Shown here: positions 37,312 through 48,463 of the stretch, piece after piece
Layout of the letters: every line of letters begins with the position of its first letter
How positions within the stretch are numbered: the first letter of the stretch is position 1
DNA from: a virus
Lineage: Duplodnaviria > Caudoviricetes
DNA length: 64,000 nt
Reading direction: 5' to 3' (one strand)
IMG/VR virus record: IMGVR_UViG_3300046820_001270
Coordinates: 1-64,000 of that record
Notes under the pieces: generated by a model
What the model was told of the DNA's origin: nothing
What the model saw: the letters and a program-made list of their open reading frames with translations, nothing else
The model's database searches: none
Translations under genes and position numbers: made by a program

Positions 37312-38527
37312 AGATAGACCAACACATTTAAAAACTTTTGTATCTCATATGAAATCTTATTTAAAAGAATATGATTATGAGATTATAGTTGTTGAACAAT
37401 TTAACAATAAACCATTTAATAGAGGTAAATTGTTAAATGTTGGTGCAAAATATGCAAATGACAACGGATTTGATTATTTATGTTTTCATGATGTTGATAT
37501 GTTACCAATTAAGGTAGATTACTCATATCCTGAACACCCAACTAGTTTAATATCTGAATTAGAAAATAAGGATGGTAATATTTTCTTCTCATATTTTGGA
37601 GGTATTACTTTATTTAAGGTAGAGGATTTTTTTGATATAAATGGATACTCAAACAATTATTGGGGGTGGGGGTTTGAAGACACCGACCTTTTTTACAGAG
37701 TAACACATGGAGGACTATTCTTTGATACTGAAACTATCGGTGAAGATAATTATTCATTTATAGGATCAATCAGTTTAAAGGAATTAGATTACATTAAAAT
37801 ACCAATTACATCTTCATTTATCAATAATGATTTTGAAATAAAATTAACGGCTAAAATAGAATCGAAATATCTTGACGAGAATAAAGAATATGACGAGTTT
37901 CCAATTCTATCAATACCTGGTTATAACATAGGTTTATTTTATAATTCATTTAATAGGTATTTTATTCAGATATACGATCAAAATAAAAAACCATATTCAA
38001 TAACGAGTGACATATTAGACGATATTACATCAATTTTTAAATTTATTAAAGTAGGAAATAAAGTTTCTTTTCATATTAATGAAAAACTAATAGGTGAAAT
38101 TGAAATGGATAAACCAATTTTAGATTTAAACAATAAATTTATGTATGTTGGTTCATTTTCAGAAAAGGAAAATATTGAATTTGACATGGATTTAATCGAT
38201 TTAAATATTAATGGATATTCATTAGGTACTAACGATTTTGAGATGTTTGGAGGAATAATAAATGAAGAAAAAGTAATACCACATAAAACATCTTTACCAA
38301 AACCAGTTAGAAGAGAAGGGTTATTTAGAGAATTATATCATGATACTAACGCATCTATAAATAAATCTTGGGTACACCAAGAAACAAGAAAGAATCAAAT
38401 TTATTATAACAATTTTGTAAAACAAAATTTAATTGATTTTACAAAAGAGGGATTGAACTCATTAAATTATAATTTGATATCGGAAAGTGATAATTTAGAT
38501 TATAAAATTTTATCAGTAGAAATATGA
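37277..38527 (+). CDS. GT7 glycosyltransferase with lectin-like insert
   Basis: IVVPYRDR, FNRGKLLNVG, FHDVDMLP, YFGG, NGYSNNYWGWGFEDTD; after the insert EGLFRELYH...EGLNSLNY. Confidence 0.85.
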   Translation: MKKKLAIVVPYRDRPTHLKTFVSHMKSYLKEYDYEIIVVEQFNNKPFNRGKLLNVGAKYANDNGFDYLCFHDVDMLPIKVDYSYPEHPTSLISELENKDGNIFFSYFGGITLFKVEDFFDINGYSNNYWGWGFEDTDLFYRVTHGGLFFDTETIGEDNYSFIGSISLKELDYIKIPITSSFINNDFEIKLTAKIESKYLDENKEYDEFPILSIPGYNIGLFYNSFNRYFIQIYDQNKKPYSITSDILDDITSIFKFIKVGNKVSFHINEKLIGEIEMDKPILDLNNKFMYVGSFSEKENIEFDMDLIDLNINGYSLGTNDFEMFGGIINEEKVIPHKTSLPKPVRREGLFRELYHDTNASINKSWVHQETRKNQIYYNNFVKQNLIDFTKEGLNSLNYNLISESDNLDYKILSVEI

Positions 38528-39936
38528 GTCATAAGTTAGGTATTTGTATACCATATAGAAACAGAGAAGAACATTTAAAAAAATTAATTCCACATTTATC
38601 TAAACACCTAAATGACCAAGAAATTGAACATAAGTTCTATGTTGGACACCAAGTTGATGATAAGTTATTTAATAGAGGCGCAATGAAAAATATTGCGGCA
38701 AAATATGCATTTGACGATGGTTGCGATTATGTGGCTTGGCACGATGTTGATATGTTACCTAAATTAGACGCTGATTATTCTTATCCAACCGAAAACCCAT
38801 TACATATTGCAACTAAGTTATCTAAATATAACTACACTTTAGGGTATGATCAGTATTTCGGAGGAGTTATTTTATTTACCAAAGAACAAGTTGAAAAGAC
38901 CAATGGTTATTCAAACGACTATTGGGATTGGGGTATGGAGGACGATGATTTATTTTGGAGATGTTATTTTGAGGGAATGACGACAGGTAAAATATTTAAA
39001 AACTACACAGATAAATCATTTGGATATTTCGATGGAACATCTTCACATGTTGAAATTGCAAATAGAACTGCCGCAGAATGTTTAAATAAAAATCATACAA
39101 TTTCCGTGTTAGTTAGTGCAGAACAACAAACAAACAAAGTACCCATATTTTTAATTGGAGATGAAGAAAAACAATTTATTGAGTACCCAATTTTAACTAA
39201 AAGTGGTGGTTATAGTTATATGTTATCTTTCAATAATTCAAGGGCATATACAATGAGGTTATTTAACGATGCACGTACACAAATATACAATTGGATCAAA
39301 AGATTTGAAAACATGTGGACTTGGATAACCATATCAGTTAATACCGATACTAAGGAAATTTATTTTTATCTAAATGACGAATTGGTAAGAAATATCAATG
39401 ACGTTAAAGAAAAACTACCTGTTTCAATTACTGGAAATGGATTATTAAGGTACGATATGAGAAACCCATTTTATTTAGGGTTTGATAAACAAACAAATAA
39501 TAGATTTAAAGGTAAAATTTCGGAGATTAAAGTTTATAACAAGTACTTTACCCCTGAAGAAATATCTACCGTTCTTGAGAAGAAAACTACCGAAGGATTG
39601 GTATTTGAGTACGATTTCACAAACAATGATAATATAGTTTTAAATAATGTTAAAATAGAGAAAGAAAACATCAACATTATTGAAAATATCATACCATATA
39701 GAAAAGAAGGTAGTTTTGAATGTTTAGAACATATAGATGAGGGATTTAAGAACGGAACATGGGCTAAAGGTGAAACCACCGCAAGAAATGAAAAGAGATT
39801 TATCATGGAAATGCAACAAAATAAGATTAATTACAAATCGGAAGGTTATAATGAAGTTTTAGATATTATGGAAATTGTTAATATAAATGAAACTGATTAT
39901 CATAACACAGTATTTATTAATGTTAATATGAAATAA
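38524..39936 (+). CDS. GT7 glycosyltransferase with LamG-like insert
   Basis: ICIPYRNR, FNRGAMKN, WHDVDMLP, YFGGV, NGYSNDYWDWGMEDDD; insert has FDG...WTWITI...FYLN...IKVYN; resumes EGSFECLEH. Confidence 0.85.
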   Translation: MSHKLGICIPYRNREEHLKKLIPHLSKHLNDQEIEHKFYVGHQVDDKLFNRGAMKNIAAKYAFDDGCDYVAWHDVDMLPKLDADYSYPTENPLHIATKLSKYNYTLGYDQYFGGVILFTKEQVEKTNGYSNDYWDWGMEDDDLFWRCYFEGMTTGKIFKNYTDKSFGYFDGTSSHVEIANRTAAECLNKNHTISVLVSAEQQTNKVPIFLIGDEEKQFIEYPILTKSGGYSYMLSFNNSRAYTMRLFNDARTQIYNWIKRFENMWTWITISVNTDTKEIYFYLNDELVRNINDVKEKLPVSITGNGLLRYDMRNPFYLGFDKQTNNRFKGKISEIKVYNKYFTPEEISTVLEKKTTEGLVFEYDFTNNDNIVLNNVKIEKENINIIENIIPYRKEGSFECLEHIDEGFKNGTWAKGETTARNEKRFIMEMQQNKINYKSEGYNEVLDIMEIVNINETDYHNTVFINVNMK

Positions 39937-39961
39937 ATTATGTTATTACAAATATTTTTTG

Positions 39962-39969
39962 TATATTTG
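39962..39969 (+). promoter_or_regulatory. TATATTTG, Bacteroidota-type -7 element
   Basis: Exact consensus 23 nt before the first radical SAM gene. Confidence 0.55.
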
Positions 39970-39992
39970 TTATAACATACAAAAAATTAAAA

Positions 39993-41375
39993 ATGGATTA
40001 CTTAGAAGAAGTCAAACATAATTTAGACGGGGTGGGTTGCGGTTTTTGTTTAGCGAAATGGACACAAGTTACTATGCATTTACATAATGGATTTACCCAT
40101 TCTTGTCACCATCCGAGTCCACATAAAATACCTTTAGAGGAGTTAGAAACAAACCCAACCGCATTACATAACACATCATTTAAGAAGAAGATTCGAGAAG
40201 AAATGTTATTAGGTAAAAAACCTAGCGAGTGTAATTATTGTTGGAATATTGAAAAGAATTCAGAATCATATTCTGATAGAGTTTTTAAAAGTTCAGAAGA
40301 GTGGTCATTAAAACATTTTAAAGAGATTAAGGAATTACCTTGGGACGCTAACTATAACCCAAAATACGTCGAAGTTAGTTTTTCAAATACATGTAATTTC
40401 AAATGTTCATATTGTGGACCTACGTTTTCATCTCGATGGGTGGAAGAATCCGAACAACATGGAGGTTACCCAACATCAAATAATTTTAATAATTTAGATT
40501 GGCTTAAAAATACAAATCAGATCCCTTACAAACAAACTGAAGATAATCCATATTTGGAGGCATTTTGGAAATGGTGGCCTGTATTATATACAACTTTAGA
40601 CACATTTAGAATAACAGGAGGAGAACCTTTATTATCAAAAGACACATGGGGTATTTTAGAATATATTGCAACAACTGAAAATCCAAACAGAGATTTAAAT
40701 ATATCAATCAATTCTAATTTAGGAGTACCAAAAAACTTGATAGAAAAAATGGTAGATCTATGTGAAAAAATAATTAACGAAGGAAGAGTTAAGACTTTAA
40801 TAATTTTTACATCTTGTGAATCATATGGTGAACAGGCAGAGTACGGTAGACATGGATTAAATTATAGTAATTTTATTGAAAATGTTGAATATATATTACA
40901 AAGATTACCAAAGGTTACTATTAACATTATGGCAGCCTTTAACGTATTTTCTCCATTTGGTTATACTAAATTAGTTGACGAAGTCTTCCAATTAAAAAAG
41001 AAGTACCATAATAATGAGAGATATTGGGTTTCCGCAATTCAGTTAGATACGTCGTATATTAGATCCCCATCATTCTTATCTGTTAAAATATTAGAAGATG
41101 ATCATAAGAAATTAATTTTGGAAAGTGCAAAGAAGAGTTTTTATTATGCTATGCCTGAATTTACAAATGAATATTATGGTTTTTCAAATACCGAAGTTCA
41201 AAAAATAAAAAGATTGTATGATTATGCAATTGGTAACGATTATTTATATGACGTTGAACAAAATAGAGTTGATTTTGTAAACTTTGTCGATGAACATGAT
41301 AAAAGAAGAGGAACAAACTTTTTACAAACATTTCCTGAATTAGAAAATTTATATAACAATGTTAAAAATAGATAA
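39993..41375 (+). CDS. Radical SAM protein with N-terminal twitch/SPASM-like Cys motif
   Basis: FCLAKW..SCHH..CNYCW, then CNFKCSYC, ITGGEP, D.RRGTNF..TFPEL. Confidence 0.9.
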   Translation: MDYLEEVKHNLDGVGCGFCLAKWTQVTMHLHNGFTHSCHHPSPHKIPLEELETNPTALHNTSFKKKIREEMLLGKKPSECNYCWNIEKNSESYSDRVFKSSEEWSLKHFKEIKELPWDANYNPKYVEVSFSNTCNFKCSYCGPTFSSRWVEESEQHGGYPTSNNFNNLDWLKNTNQIPYKQTEDNPYLEAFWKWWPVLYTTLDTFRITGGEPLLSKDTWGILEYIATTENPNRDLNISINSNLGVPKNLIEKMVDLCEKIINEGRVKTLIIFTSCESYGEQAEYGRHGLNYSNFIENVEYILQRLPKVTINIMAAFNVFSPFGYTKLVDEVFQLKKKYHNNERYWVSAIQLDTSYIRSPSFLSVKILEDDHKKLILESAKKSFYYAMPEFTNEYYGFSNTEVQKIKRLYDYAIGNDYLYDVEQNRVDFVNFVDEHDKRRGTNFLQTFPELENLYNNVKNR

Positions 41376-41943
41376 GGGACAACCATGGGTTATGTGGCCA
41401 GATAATTTGGTTAGTAATTTCATTGAAAACCCATCCAATAAAATATTTGATCACGACGGGGATTTTAATTTCACAATGAAATTTGAATTACCTGAACCGA
41501 TTAAAGAAAAGAAAACGTTAATTGCAAAATTACCAAGTTATTTCGGTCTTGATATTGTACCCGATGGTTGTCTCTTAATTTACAGATATAAATCGGCAAT
41601 TGAAACATTTCATTTATTTGAGGAATGTACTTGGGATATGAACATTATATATACATTAGTTATTGAGAAAATTGGTGATAAATTAACCATAAAAATAGAT
41701 GATAAAGTATCGTTTAATCTTGATTTAATTTTTAGATTGGGTTATGATGATAATTCACATATTATTTTTGGAGCAGGTAATTTTCCTAAAAATGGATTTA
41801 ATTTAAATTATTTACCGGTTAATTTACACTACCTATCAATAACTAAGGATAACGAATTAATATCAGAACATAATTTTGAGACTTTTATATACGATAAAAG
41901 TTTTGACTTAACTGATAATTGTAATTTTATACATAAAATTTAA
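41359..41943 (+). CDS. Hypothetical protein, possibly a stand-alone beta-sandwich (LamG-like)
   Basis: FNFTMKF...YTLVIEK...LTIKID...HIIFGAG pattern is similar to the GT7 inserts; weak. Confidence 0.5.
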   Translation: MLKIDKGQPWVMWPDNLVSNFIENPSNKIFDHDGDFNFTMKFELPEPIKEKKTLIAKLPSYFGLDIVPDGCLLIYRYKSAIETFHLFEECTWDMNIIYTLVIEKIGDKLTIKIDDKVSFNLDLIFRLGYDDNSHIIFGAGNFPKNGFNLNYLPVNLHYLSITKDNELISEHNFETFIYDKSFDLTDNCNFIHKI

Positions 41944-41946
41944 AAT

Positions 41947-43515
41947 ATGGGAGTTTTTGCAAAAAAAGAAGATGAGAGTTATATTGAATATCGCGATCGT
42001 GCGATTAATTCCATTTCACCATCTTTCTGTGGTGCTAAATGGTTCAATGCAACAATATGGTTAGGTAATGGTACAACTGCGAGTTGTCACCACCCACCAG
42101 CACATAAAATACCGTTAGAAGAAGTTGCTACTAGTTACAAGGCAATCCATAACACTCAGTATAAAAAGTTAATTAGAAAACAAATGCTTGAAGGTGAAAG
42201 ACCTAAAGAGTGTGAATATTGTTGGAAGATTGAGGACATGGGTAAGGATAAGGTTTCTGATAGAGTTTATAAGTCAATCATCTACACAGATGAAGAATTA
42301 AAAAACGCAAAAACAGAATTGGGTTGGCAAGAAGATGTTGATTTAAAAACATTGGAGATTGCTTTTGATCCTAATTGTAATTTTGCTTGTTCATATTGTA
42401 ACGCATCATTTTCAACAACGTGGCAAAATGACATTAAGAAAAGTGGACCATATCAAAATTTAGTAAGTGATGGTGCTGCGGCATTTCAACATGATGGAGT
42501 ACATTCGATGCCGTATGGTAAAAAGAATGAAGGTAATCCTTATGTTGAAGCATTTTGGAAATGGTGGGAAGGTGAACTACAATTTAGTTTAAGAGAATTA
42601 AGAGTTACGGGTGGAGAACCAACGATGTCTCAAGATTTTTGGAAGTTAATGAAGTGGTGGGAGACTAATAAAGATTGTGAAGTTGAATTCGCAGTTAATT
42701 CAAACTTAGGACAAAAAGATGAATTGTTTGAAGAATTACTAAAGGCAAGTCACAATATTAAAAGTTTTCATTTATATACGAGTTGTGAATCTAAAGGAGC
42801 ACATGCGGAATATATCAGAGATGGTTTGAAATGGGAAAAATGGATTGGTAATGTTGAAAGAATGTTAAAAGAAGGTAATGTTCAATCCATAAATTGTATG
42901 ATGACAATAAATGCATTATGTTTATTTTCAATTACAGATTTTATGGATGAAATATTGAGATTAAAAAGGGAATACAGAACGTCATCACCTAATTGTTCAT
43001 TCAATATTCTTCGTTTTCCTTCATTTCAATCAATTGTAACACTACCAAAACACGTCAGAGAGGAGAGAGCAAACCATATTGAAAAATGGATCCAAGATAA
43101 TTATGACGGAGGAGCAAATTTCTTCTTAGATTGGGAAAGAGACGGTATGTTAAGAATGGTATCTTATATAAGAGAAATTGAAACAGGACATAGTCATACG
43201 TCTTCAATAGAATCAAGAGAAAGAGATTTTAAATCATTTTATACTCAATATGATATTAGAAGAAATAAAAACTTTGTTGAAACATTCCCTGAATTAAAAG
43301 AATGGTTTGAATCAATTCCTGAAACTAAATTAGAGTATACTACAGAGTTAATAGATGGAGACGACGCTAAATCAAATAGATATGTCGATGAGGTTATGGA
43401 GACAGCTAAAAAAGAAGGATGGGTATTAAATCCTCAATGGCATAATCCAGGTGCACAGGAGTATGTTGAACCGGATATTCAGGACGAAATGATAAACTTT
43501 ATTAATAATAAATAA
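41947..43515 (+). CDS. Radical SAM protein with N-terminal twitch/SPASM-like motif
   Basis: FCGAKW..SCHH..CEYCW; CNFACSYC; VTGGEP; closest paralogue of 39993. Confidence 0.9.
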   Translation: MGVFAKKEDESYIEYRDRAINSISPSFCGAKWFNATIWLGNGTTASCHHPPAHKIPLEEVATSYKAIHNTQYKKLIRKQMLEGERPKECEYCWKIEDMGKDKVSDRVYKSIIYTDEELKNAKTELGWQEDVDLKTLEIAFDPNCNFACSYCNASFSTTWQNDIKKSGPYQNLVSDGAAAFQHDGVHSMPYGKKNEGNPYVEAFWKWWEGELQFSLRELRVTGGEPTMSQDFWKLMKWWETNKDCEVEFAVNSNLGQKDELFEELLKASHNIKSFHLYTSCESKGAHAEYIRDGLKWEKWIGNVERMLKEGNVQSINCMMTINALCLFSITDFMDEILRLKREYRTSSPNCSFNILRFPSFQSIVTLPKHVREERANHIEKWIQDNYDGGANFFLDWERDGMLRMVSYIREIETGHSHTSSIESRERDFKSFYTQYDIRRNKNFVETFPELKEWFESIPETKLEYTTELIDGDDAKSNRYVDEVMETAKKEGWVLNPQWHNPGAQEYVEPDIQDEMINFINNK

Positions 43516-44756
43516 TGGAAGAACAAATATCGGATATATTTCCAATTAAAACAGACACCGCATGCCAATTTAAATGGACATGGAGTACTTTGTTTTTATC
43601 GGTAGGAACATCATCAAGTTGTCACAGATGTAAAGGTTTTGATGTTAGTGAAAATATGCAAGATTTTCATAATCACCCTGATAAAATTAAGGATAGAGAA
43701 AATATGTTGGAGGGAAAATGGCCAGGTAATGGATGTGAGTACTGTAAAAAGATAGAAGATGCTGGAGGTGAGAGCGAAAGAACTTCGTTCATAAATGATT
43801 TACATTTATCACCTAAAGAATTGGTCAACAATCCAACAGCCACTAATGTAACCCCAAGAATATTGGAAGTATATTTTACAAACTTATGTAATCAAAAGTG
43901 TGTATATTGTTCACCATTTTTTAGTTCATTAATACAAACCGAAATTGAAAAATTTGGTCCGTTGGAAGACATATATGATTTAAATGGATTTAATGGTAGG
44001 GATGATTACGAAAAATTAAAATCTGATTTTTGGATTTGGATGGAAAAAAACTCAACCGAATTATATCAGTTTCAAATATTAGGTGGAGAACCAATGTACC
44101 AACCAGAATTTAATGAGTGTTTGGAATATTTGGAATCAAGAAATCACCCTAAAATGAATTGGAAAATATTCAGTAATTTGAAACATAATCCAACAAAATT
44201 TAAAGAGAAAATTGATAGGATTAGTCAACTAATTGAATCTAATAAATTAAAATCTTTTGAAATTGTTTGTAGCCAAGATAGTTGGGGACCACAGGCAGAA
44301 TTTAGTAGATATGGAATGAGTTTAGTAGAATGGGAAGAAAATTTTAATATATTATTAAATTCACCTTACGTTACTATATCCATACACTCAACAATTTCAC
44401 CAACAACGTTACCAACTATGGCAGATTTTTATAGAAAGATAATGGAATGGAATAAAATTAAAAGAGTAGACTATGGATGGAATACAATAGCTAACCCTGT
44501 TTTTATGAATCCAGAGATATTGGGACATTATGCAGAACCATTTTTTGATGATTTATTATCTGTAATACCTGATAATGATCATAGAAAACTTTATTTAGAG
44601 GGATTTAAAACACAAGTAACAACTCATCCTGTTGACTCAATAAGATTAAAAAGACTTAGTGATTATTTAGATCGTATTGACCAAAGAAGAAACACTGATT
44701 GGAAAAGTCTATATCCATGGTTAGTTGATGTTTGTGAAAAAGAAATTATTAATTAA
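43515..44756 (+). CDS. Radical SAM protein with N-terminal twitch/SPASM-like motif
   Basis: ACQFKW..SCHRC..CEYC; CNQKCVYC; ILGGEP. Confidence 0.9.
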   Translation: MEEQISDIFPIKTDTACQFKWTWSTLFLSVGTSSSCHRCKGFDVSENMQDFHNHPDKIKDRENMLEGKWPGNGCEYCKKIEDAGGESERTSFINDLHLSPKELVNNPTATNVTPRILEVYFTNLCNQKCVYCSPFFSSLIQTEIEKFGPLEDIYDLNGFNGRDDYEKLKSDFWIWMEKNSTELYQFQILGGEPMYQPEFNECLEYLESRNHPKMNWKIFSNLKHNPTKFKEKIDRISQLIESNKLKSFEIVCSQDSWGPQAEFSRYGMSLVEWEENFNILLNSPYVTISIHSTISPTTLPTMADFYRKIMEWNKIKRVDYGWNTIANPVFMNPEILGHYAEPFFDDLLSVIPDNDHRKLYLEGFKTQVTTHPVDSIRLKRLSDYLDRIDQRRNTDWKSLYPWLVDVCEKEIIN

Positions 44757-44759
44757 AAT

Positions 44760-46103
44760 ATGAAAATAAAACCATCAGAAGGAAATCAAACATTTTGTAT
44801 GGCACCTTGGGCACATACATACCTTTCACCACAAAGTGAGAGGAGATTATGTTGTGCATCAAGAGAAAAGGCTGAATGGGCAACACAATATTTGGATTCT
44901 GAAAGTGCAAATAAAAATTCAAAATATAATCCAGGAACATTAGAAGATCATTGGAACTCTGAATATATGAAAGGTATTCGTAGAGATTTAATGGAAGGTA
45001 AAGAAATACCACAATGTTCTGTTTGTAATGGAAAATTATTAAACATATCAATTTATAGAGATTATTTTACTAAGACATTATTTCCTGATAAAATAGAAGA
45101 AGCATTTGAAAAAACAAACGATGATGGATATACCGAAATGAAACCAATATCTTTTGATTATCGAATAAAAAACCTTTGCAATTTTAAATGTAGAATGTGT
45201 GGAGACCAATTGTCATCTTCTTGGGAGGCTGAAAGAAGATCAATGGGTCATTATGATGCGAATGGTAATACGGATTATTGGGCACACAAAGAAAATAAAC
45301 CAATAATAGAAAAATTTCAAAGAGAAGTTGCGGAAAAGGAATTGTGGGATGCAGTTAAAGAAGGTAGAATTGAGGAGATATATTGGGTTGGAGGTGAACC
45401 ACTTATGTGGGACATTCATTGGGAAATCATGGAGTACTTAGTCCAAACCGGAGGTGCTAAAAATGTGTGGGTAAGATATAATACTAATTTTTCAAGAACA
45501 ACTTATAAACATTATAATTTAAAAGATTATTTACCACACTTTAAACAAGTACAGATTTGCGCATCAATAGATGGTACGGGGAAAATTGTTGAATACGTTA
45601 GACATGGAATAATTTGGGAAAATTGGATTAATAATTTTAAAAATTATACATTTTTGAATGAACAGTATGGTAGTTATGGAATTGCATTTGATTTAACAAT
45701 AACAACACCTGGATTATTTGCATTAAAAGATCTTTTTGATTTATCCGTTGAATTAGGTGTTCACACATTAATTAAAACAACCTTTGCATTTGACGGTACA
45801 ATTGTGATGTGTCCTCAGGTTTTACCAAGAGAATTATTCGATGAAGTTATTGATGATATCATTAATTATATTAAACCTAAATTAGAAGGTAGAGAATATT
45901 ATTCATATTGGATAACTTGCTTAGAAGATTTAAAAACAAGACAGACGTTCCAAGAAAAATATGAGAATTGGGAAAGTGAGTTAAAACACGGAAAAGAAAG
46001 ATTAGGTATTACCGACATGTGGAGAGGAGATGTAAATAAACTTGAAGAAATATTTAGTATAAATCCAAAAGTACTAAATTGGTGGCAAAATATTAAAATA
46101 TAA
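44760..46103 (+). CDS. Radical SAM protein with N-terminal twitch/SPASM-like motif
   Basis: FCMAPW..LCC..CSVC; CNFKCRMC; WVGGEP. Confidence 0.9.
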   Translation: MKIKPSEGNQTFCMAPWAHTYLSPQSERRLCCASREKAEWATQYLDSESANKNSKYNPGTLEDHWNSEYMKGIRRDLMEGKEIPQCSVCNGKLLNISIYRDYFTKTLFPDKIEEAFEKTNDDGYTEMKPISFDYRIKNLCNFKCRMCGDQLSSSWEAERRSMGHYDANGNTDYWAHKENKPIIEKFQREVAEKELWDAVKEGRIEEIYWVGGEPLMWDIHWEIMEYLVQTGGAKNVWVRYNTNFSRTTYKHYNLKDYLPHFKQVQICASIDGTGKIVEYVRHGIIWENWINNFKNYTFLNEQYGSYGIAFDLTITTPGLFALKDLFDLSVELGVHTLIKTTFAFDGTIVMCPQVLPRELFDEVIDDIINYIKPKLEGREYYSYWITCLEDLKTRQTFQEKYENWESELKHGKERLGITDMWRGDVNKLEEIFSINPKVLNWWQNIKI

Positions 46104-47332
46104 TGGAAAAACAAAATGTTTTTTGTGTATTACCTTGGATACACTTAGCAACACATCCAATAGGAACAGTTACTCCTTGTTGTATCACTGACATGACTAA
46201 CGCCATATCAACGGCAGCTAAAGAGCATGATCCCGCACAACATTTATTCTTAAGTAGAGATACTTTAGACGATATTACTAATTCAGTTAGATTTAATCAA
46301 GTTCGTAAAGAAATGATGAACGGAGAATTCCCTAAAATTTGTCAGAAGTGTTATAAGTACGATCAAGGAGGAGTTAAGTCAAAAAGAATTGAATCAAATG
46401 AAAAATTTAAAGAATACATTGACCAATGTTTTGCTAACACCAACCCTGACGGATCACTTAAAGAAGTAAATTACAAATATATTGAATTGAGATTAGGGAC
46501 TGTATGTAATTTAAAATGTGTTACATGTAATCCATTTTCATCAAATAGATGGAATCAAGATTTACATATTTTTGAAGGAACAGAATTTGAAAAAGATTAT
46601 TTCAAAGTAGATATTAAAACTGAGTGGTTTAGAGATCATAATTTTTATGACGAACTATACAGTAAGAGTAATGGTTTAAAAGAAATATGGATTAATGGAG
46701 GAGAACCAACATTAATTAAGGAACATAGTTATTTTTTAGAGAAGTTTGTTAATGACGGAACGAGTAAAGATATCGATTTACATTATAGTTTAAATTGCAC
46801 TCAATTTCCCAATAAATTTATTGAAATATGGAAGAATTTTAATAAAGTAAGGATACAACTATCTATCGATGACTTAGGGGATAGAAATACATATATTAGA
46901 TATCCGTCCGATTGGAACGTTATCTATGACTCATTTCAAAAAATATTACAATATAAAAATGATTTTGATTTAGAAGTATGTCAAACTGTTAGTGTTTTAA
47001 ACGTAATGAATATAGATAATTTTAAAAAGTTTACCTTAGATCACGATATTATGGTTTCACATAATTTTGTTCATTATCCATCTCATTTACAAGTTAATTT
47101 AATTCCTGAAGAGTATAAAGAAAAATTATTAAATGATTTAAAATATTTGAGAATAGACGAGGTAGAAAGGTTAAAAATTGAACTGTTTAAACCACATGAT
47201 CAAGATGATGTAATAAAATTTTATAATTTCACCAGTTTATTAGATTCAAGTAGGAATATTGAAATAGGAGATCATTTAGAAGAATGGAAAATCCCATTTG
47301 ATGATTATATTAGTAAAGGAATAATTTTTTAA
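46103..47332 (+). CDS. Radical SAM protein with N-terminal twitch/SPASM-like motif
   Basis: FCVLPW..PCC..CQKC; CNLKCVTC; INGGEP. Confidence 0.9.
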   Translation: MEKQNVFCVLPWIHLATHPIGTVTPCCITDMTNAISTAAKEHDPAQHLFLSRDTLDDITNSVRFNQVRKEMMNGEFPKICQKCYKYDQGGVKSKRIESNEKFKEYIDQCFANTNPDGSLKEVNYKYIELRLGTVCNLKCVTCNPFSSNRWNQDLHIFEGTEFEKDYFKVDIKTEWFRDHNFYDELYSKSNGLKEIWINGGEPTLIKEHSYFLEKFVNDGTSKDIDLHYSLNCTQFPNKFIEIWKNFNKVRIQLSIDDLGDRNTYIRYPSDWNVIYDSFQKILQYKNDFDLEVCQTVSVLNVMNIDNFKKFTLDHDIMVSHNFVHYPSHLQVNLIPEEYKEKLLNDLKYLRIDEVERLKIELFKPHDQDDVIKFYNFTSLLDSSRNIEIGDHLEEWKIPFDDYISKGIIF

Positions 47333-47338
47333 AAAATT

Positions 47339-47992
47339 ATGAAAAATACTTTATGGATTTTTGGAGATTCAACAAGCGACGAATTTACACCAAAAAATTT
47401 AAATGATAATTTTGATTTTAGGACCAAATATTATAATTATAAAGGTTTTACACCAAAAGTGTTTGGTCAAATAATATCCGAAACATTAAATTTAAATTAT
47501 AAAAATAATTCAGGTCAGGGATTTTGTAATGATAGTATTTTTCAAACTATTTGTGACGTGTCAGACCAAATTAAAAAAGAAGATATATTAATAATTAATT
47601 GGACCTCAATTACAAGATTTAGAATGATAAGTAAAATTAATGTTTGGACACATATTGTCCCTAATTTTAATGTCGACACTAAATTATTTAATAATATTAG
47701 TAATAATACAATAAACGAAATATTAATTAATAGAGATAATGATCTATACGTTAATGACGTAAATTCAAAAATAAAATTAATTAAAAACGCATATAAAGAT
47801 AATATTGTTATTAATTGGACACCTTTCATACATAAATTTGATGCGGAAATGTTATTTGATGATTTTGAAACAATATTTAAAGAAACTTCAGGTGAGATAA
47901 ATGATTATCATTTTAGTGAAAACGGACATTTAAAATTAGCGGATTATTTATTATCAATTATAGATCAAATAATGAATAAAAAATTAATTTAA
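47339..47992 (+). CDS. SGNH/GDSL-like protein
   Basis: WIFGDST, GFCNDSI, INWTSITR, DYHFSENGH; ends KKLI. Confidence 0.7.
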   Translation: MKNTLWIFGDSTSDEFTPKNLNDNFDFRTKYYNYKGFTPKVFGQIISETLNLNYKNNSGQGFCNDSIFQTICDVSDQIKKEDILIINWTSITRFRMISKINVWTHIVPNFNVDTKLFNNISNNTINEILINRDNDLYVNDVNSKIKLIKNAYKDNIVINWTPFIHKFDAEMLFDDFETIFKETSGEINDYHFSENGHLKLADYLLSIIDQIMNKKLI

Positions 47993-48031
47993 AATTTTAT
48001 TTATTCATTATTTTTAATTATATTAGTTTAA

Positions 48032-48463
48032 ATGAAACTAATATCACATAGAGGTAATTTGTATGGGCCTAATCCAAATGAAGAAAATAACCCTCAATAC
48101 ATTATAGATACTCTTGAATTAGGATACGACGTAGAAATTGACGTTTGGTATATAGACAATAAATTCTATTTAGGTCACGACTATGCTAAATATGAAATAG
48201 ACATTAAGTTTCTATTAAATGAAAAATTATGGTGTCATTCTAAAAATTTAGATGCGTTAAATGAAATGTTAAACAATGGAATTAGATGTTTTTGGCATCA
48301 AAATGATGATTTTACATTAACTAGTGATGGTTTTATATGGACATACCCAAATAAAGAAACAACAATAAAATCAATAATTGTTTGTTTAGATGATACTTTA
48401 CCAAATAATTTAAATAAAAATAATATATATGGAATTTGCGGAGACAATGTCGGATCTTGGTAA
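48032..48463 (+). CDS. Short PLC/GDPD-like phosphodiesterase-fold protein
   Basis: LISHRGN, EENNP, YDVEIDVW, LGHD, LWCHSKN, GIC.D. Confidence 0.7.
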   Translation: MKLISHRGNLYGPNPNEENNPQYIIDTLELGYDVEIDVWYIDNKFYLGHDYAKYEIDIKFLLNEKLWCHSKNLDALNEMLNNGIRCFWHQNDDFTLTSDGFIWTYPNKETTIKSIIVCLDDTLPNNLNKNNIYGICGDNVGSW

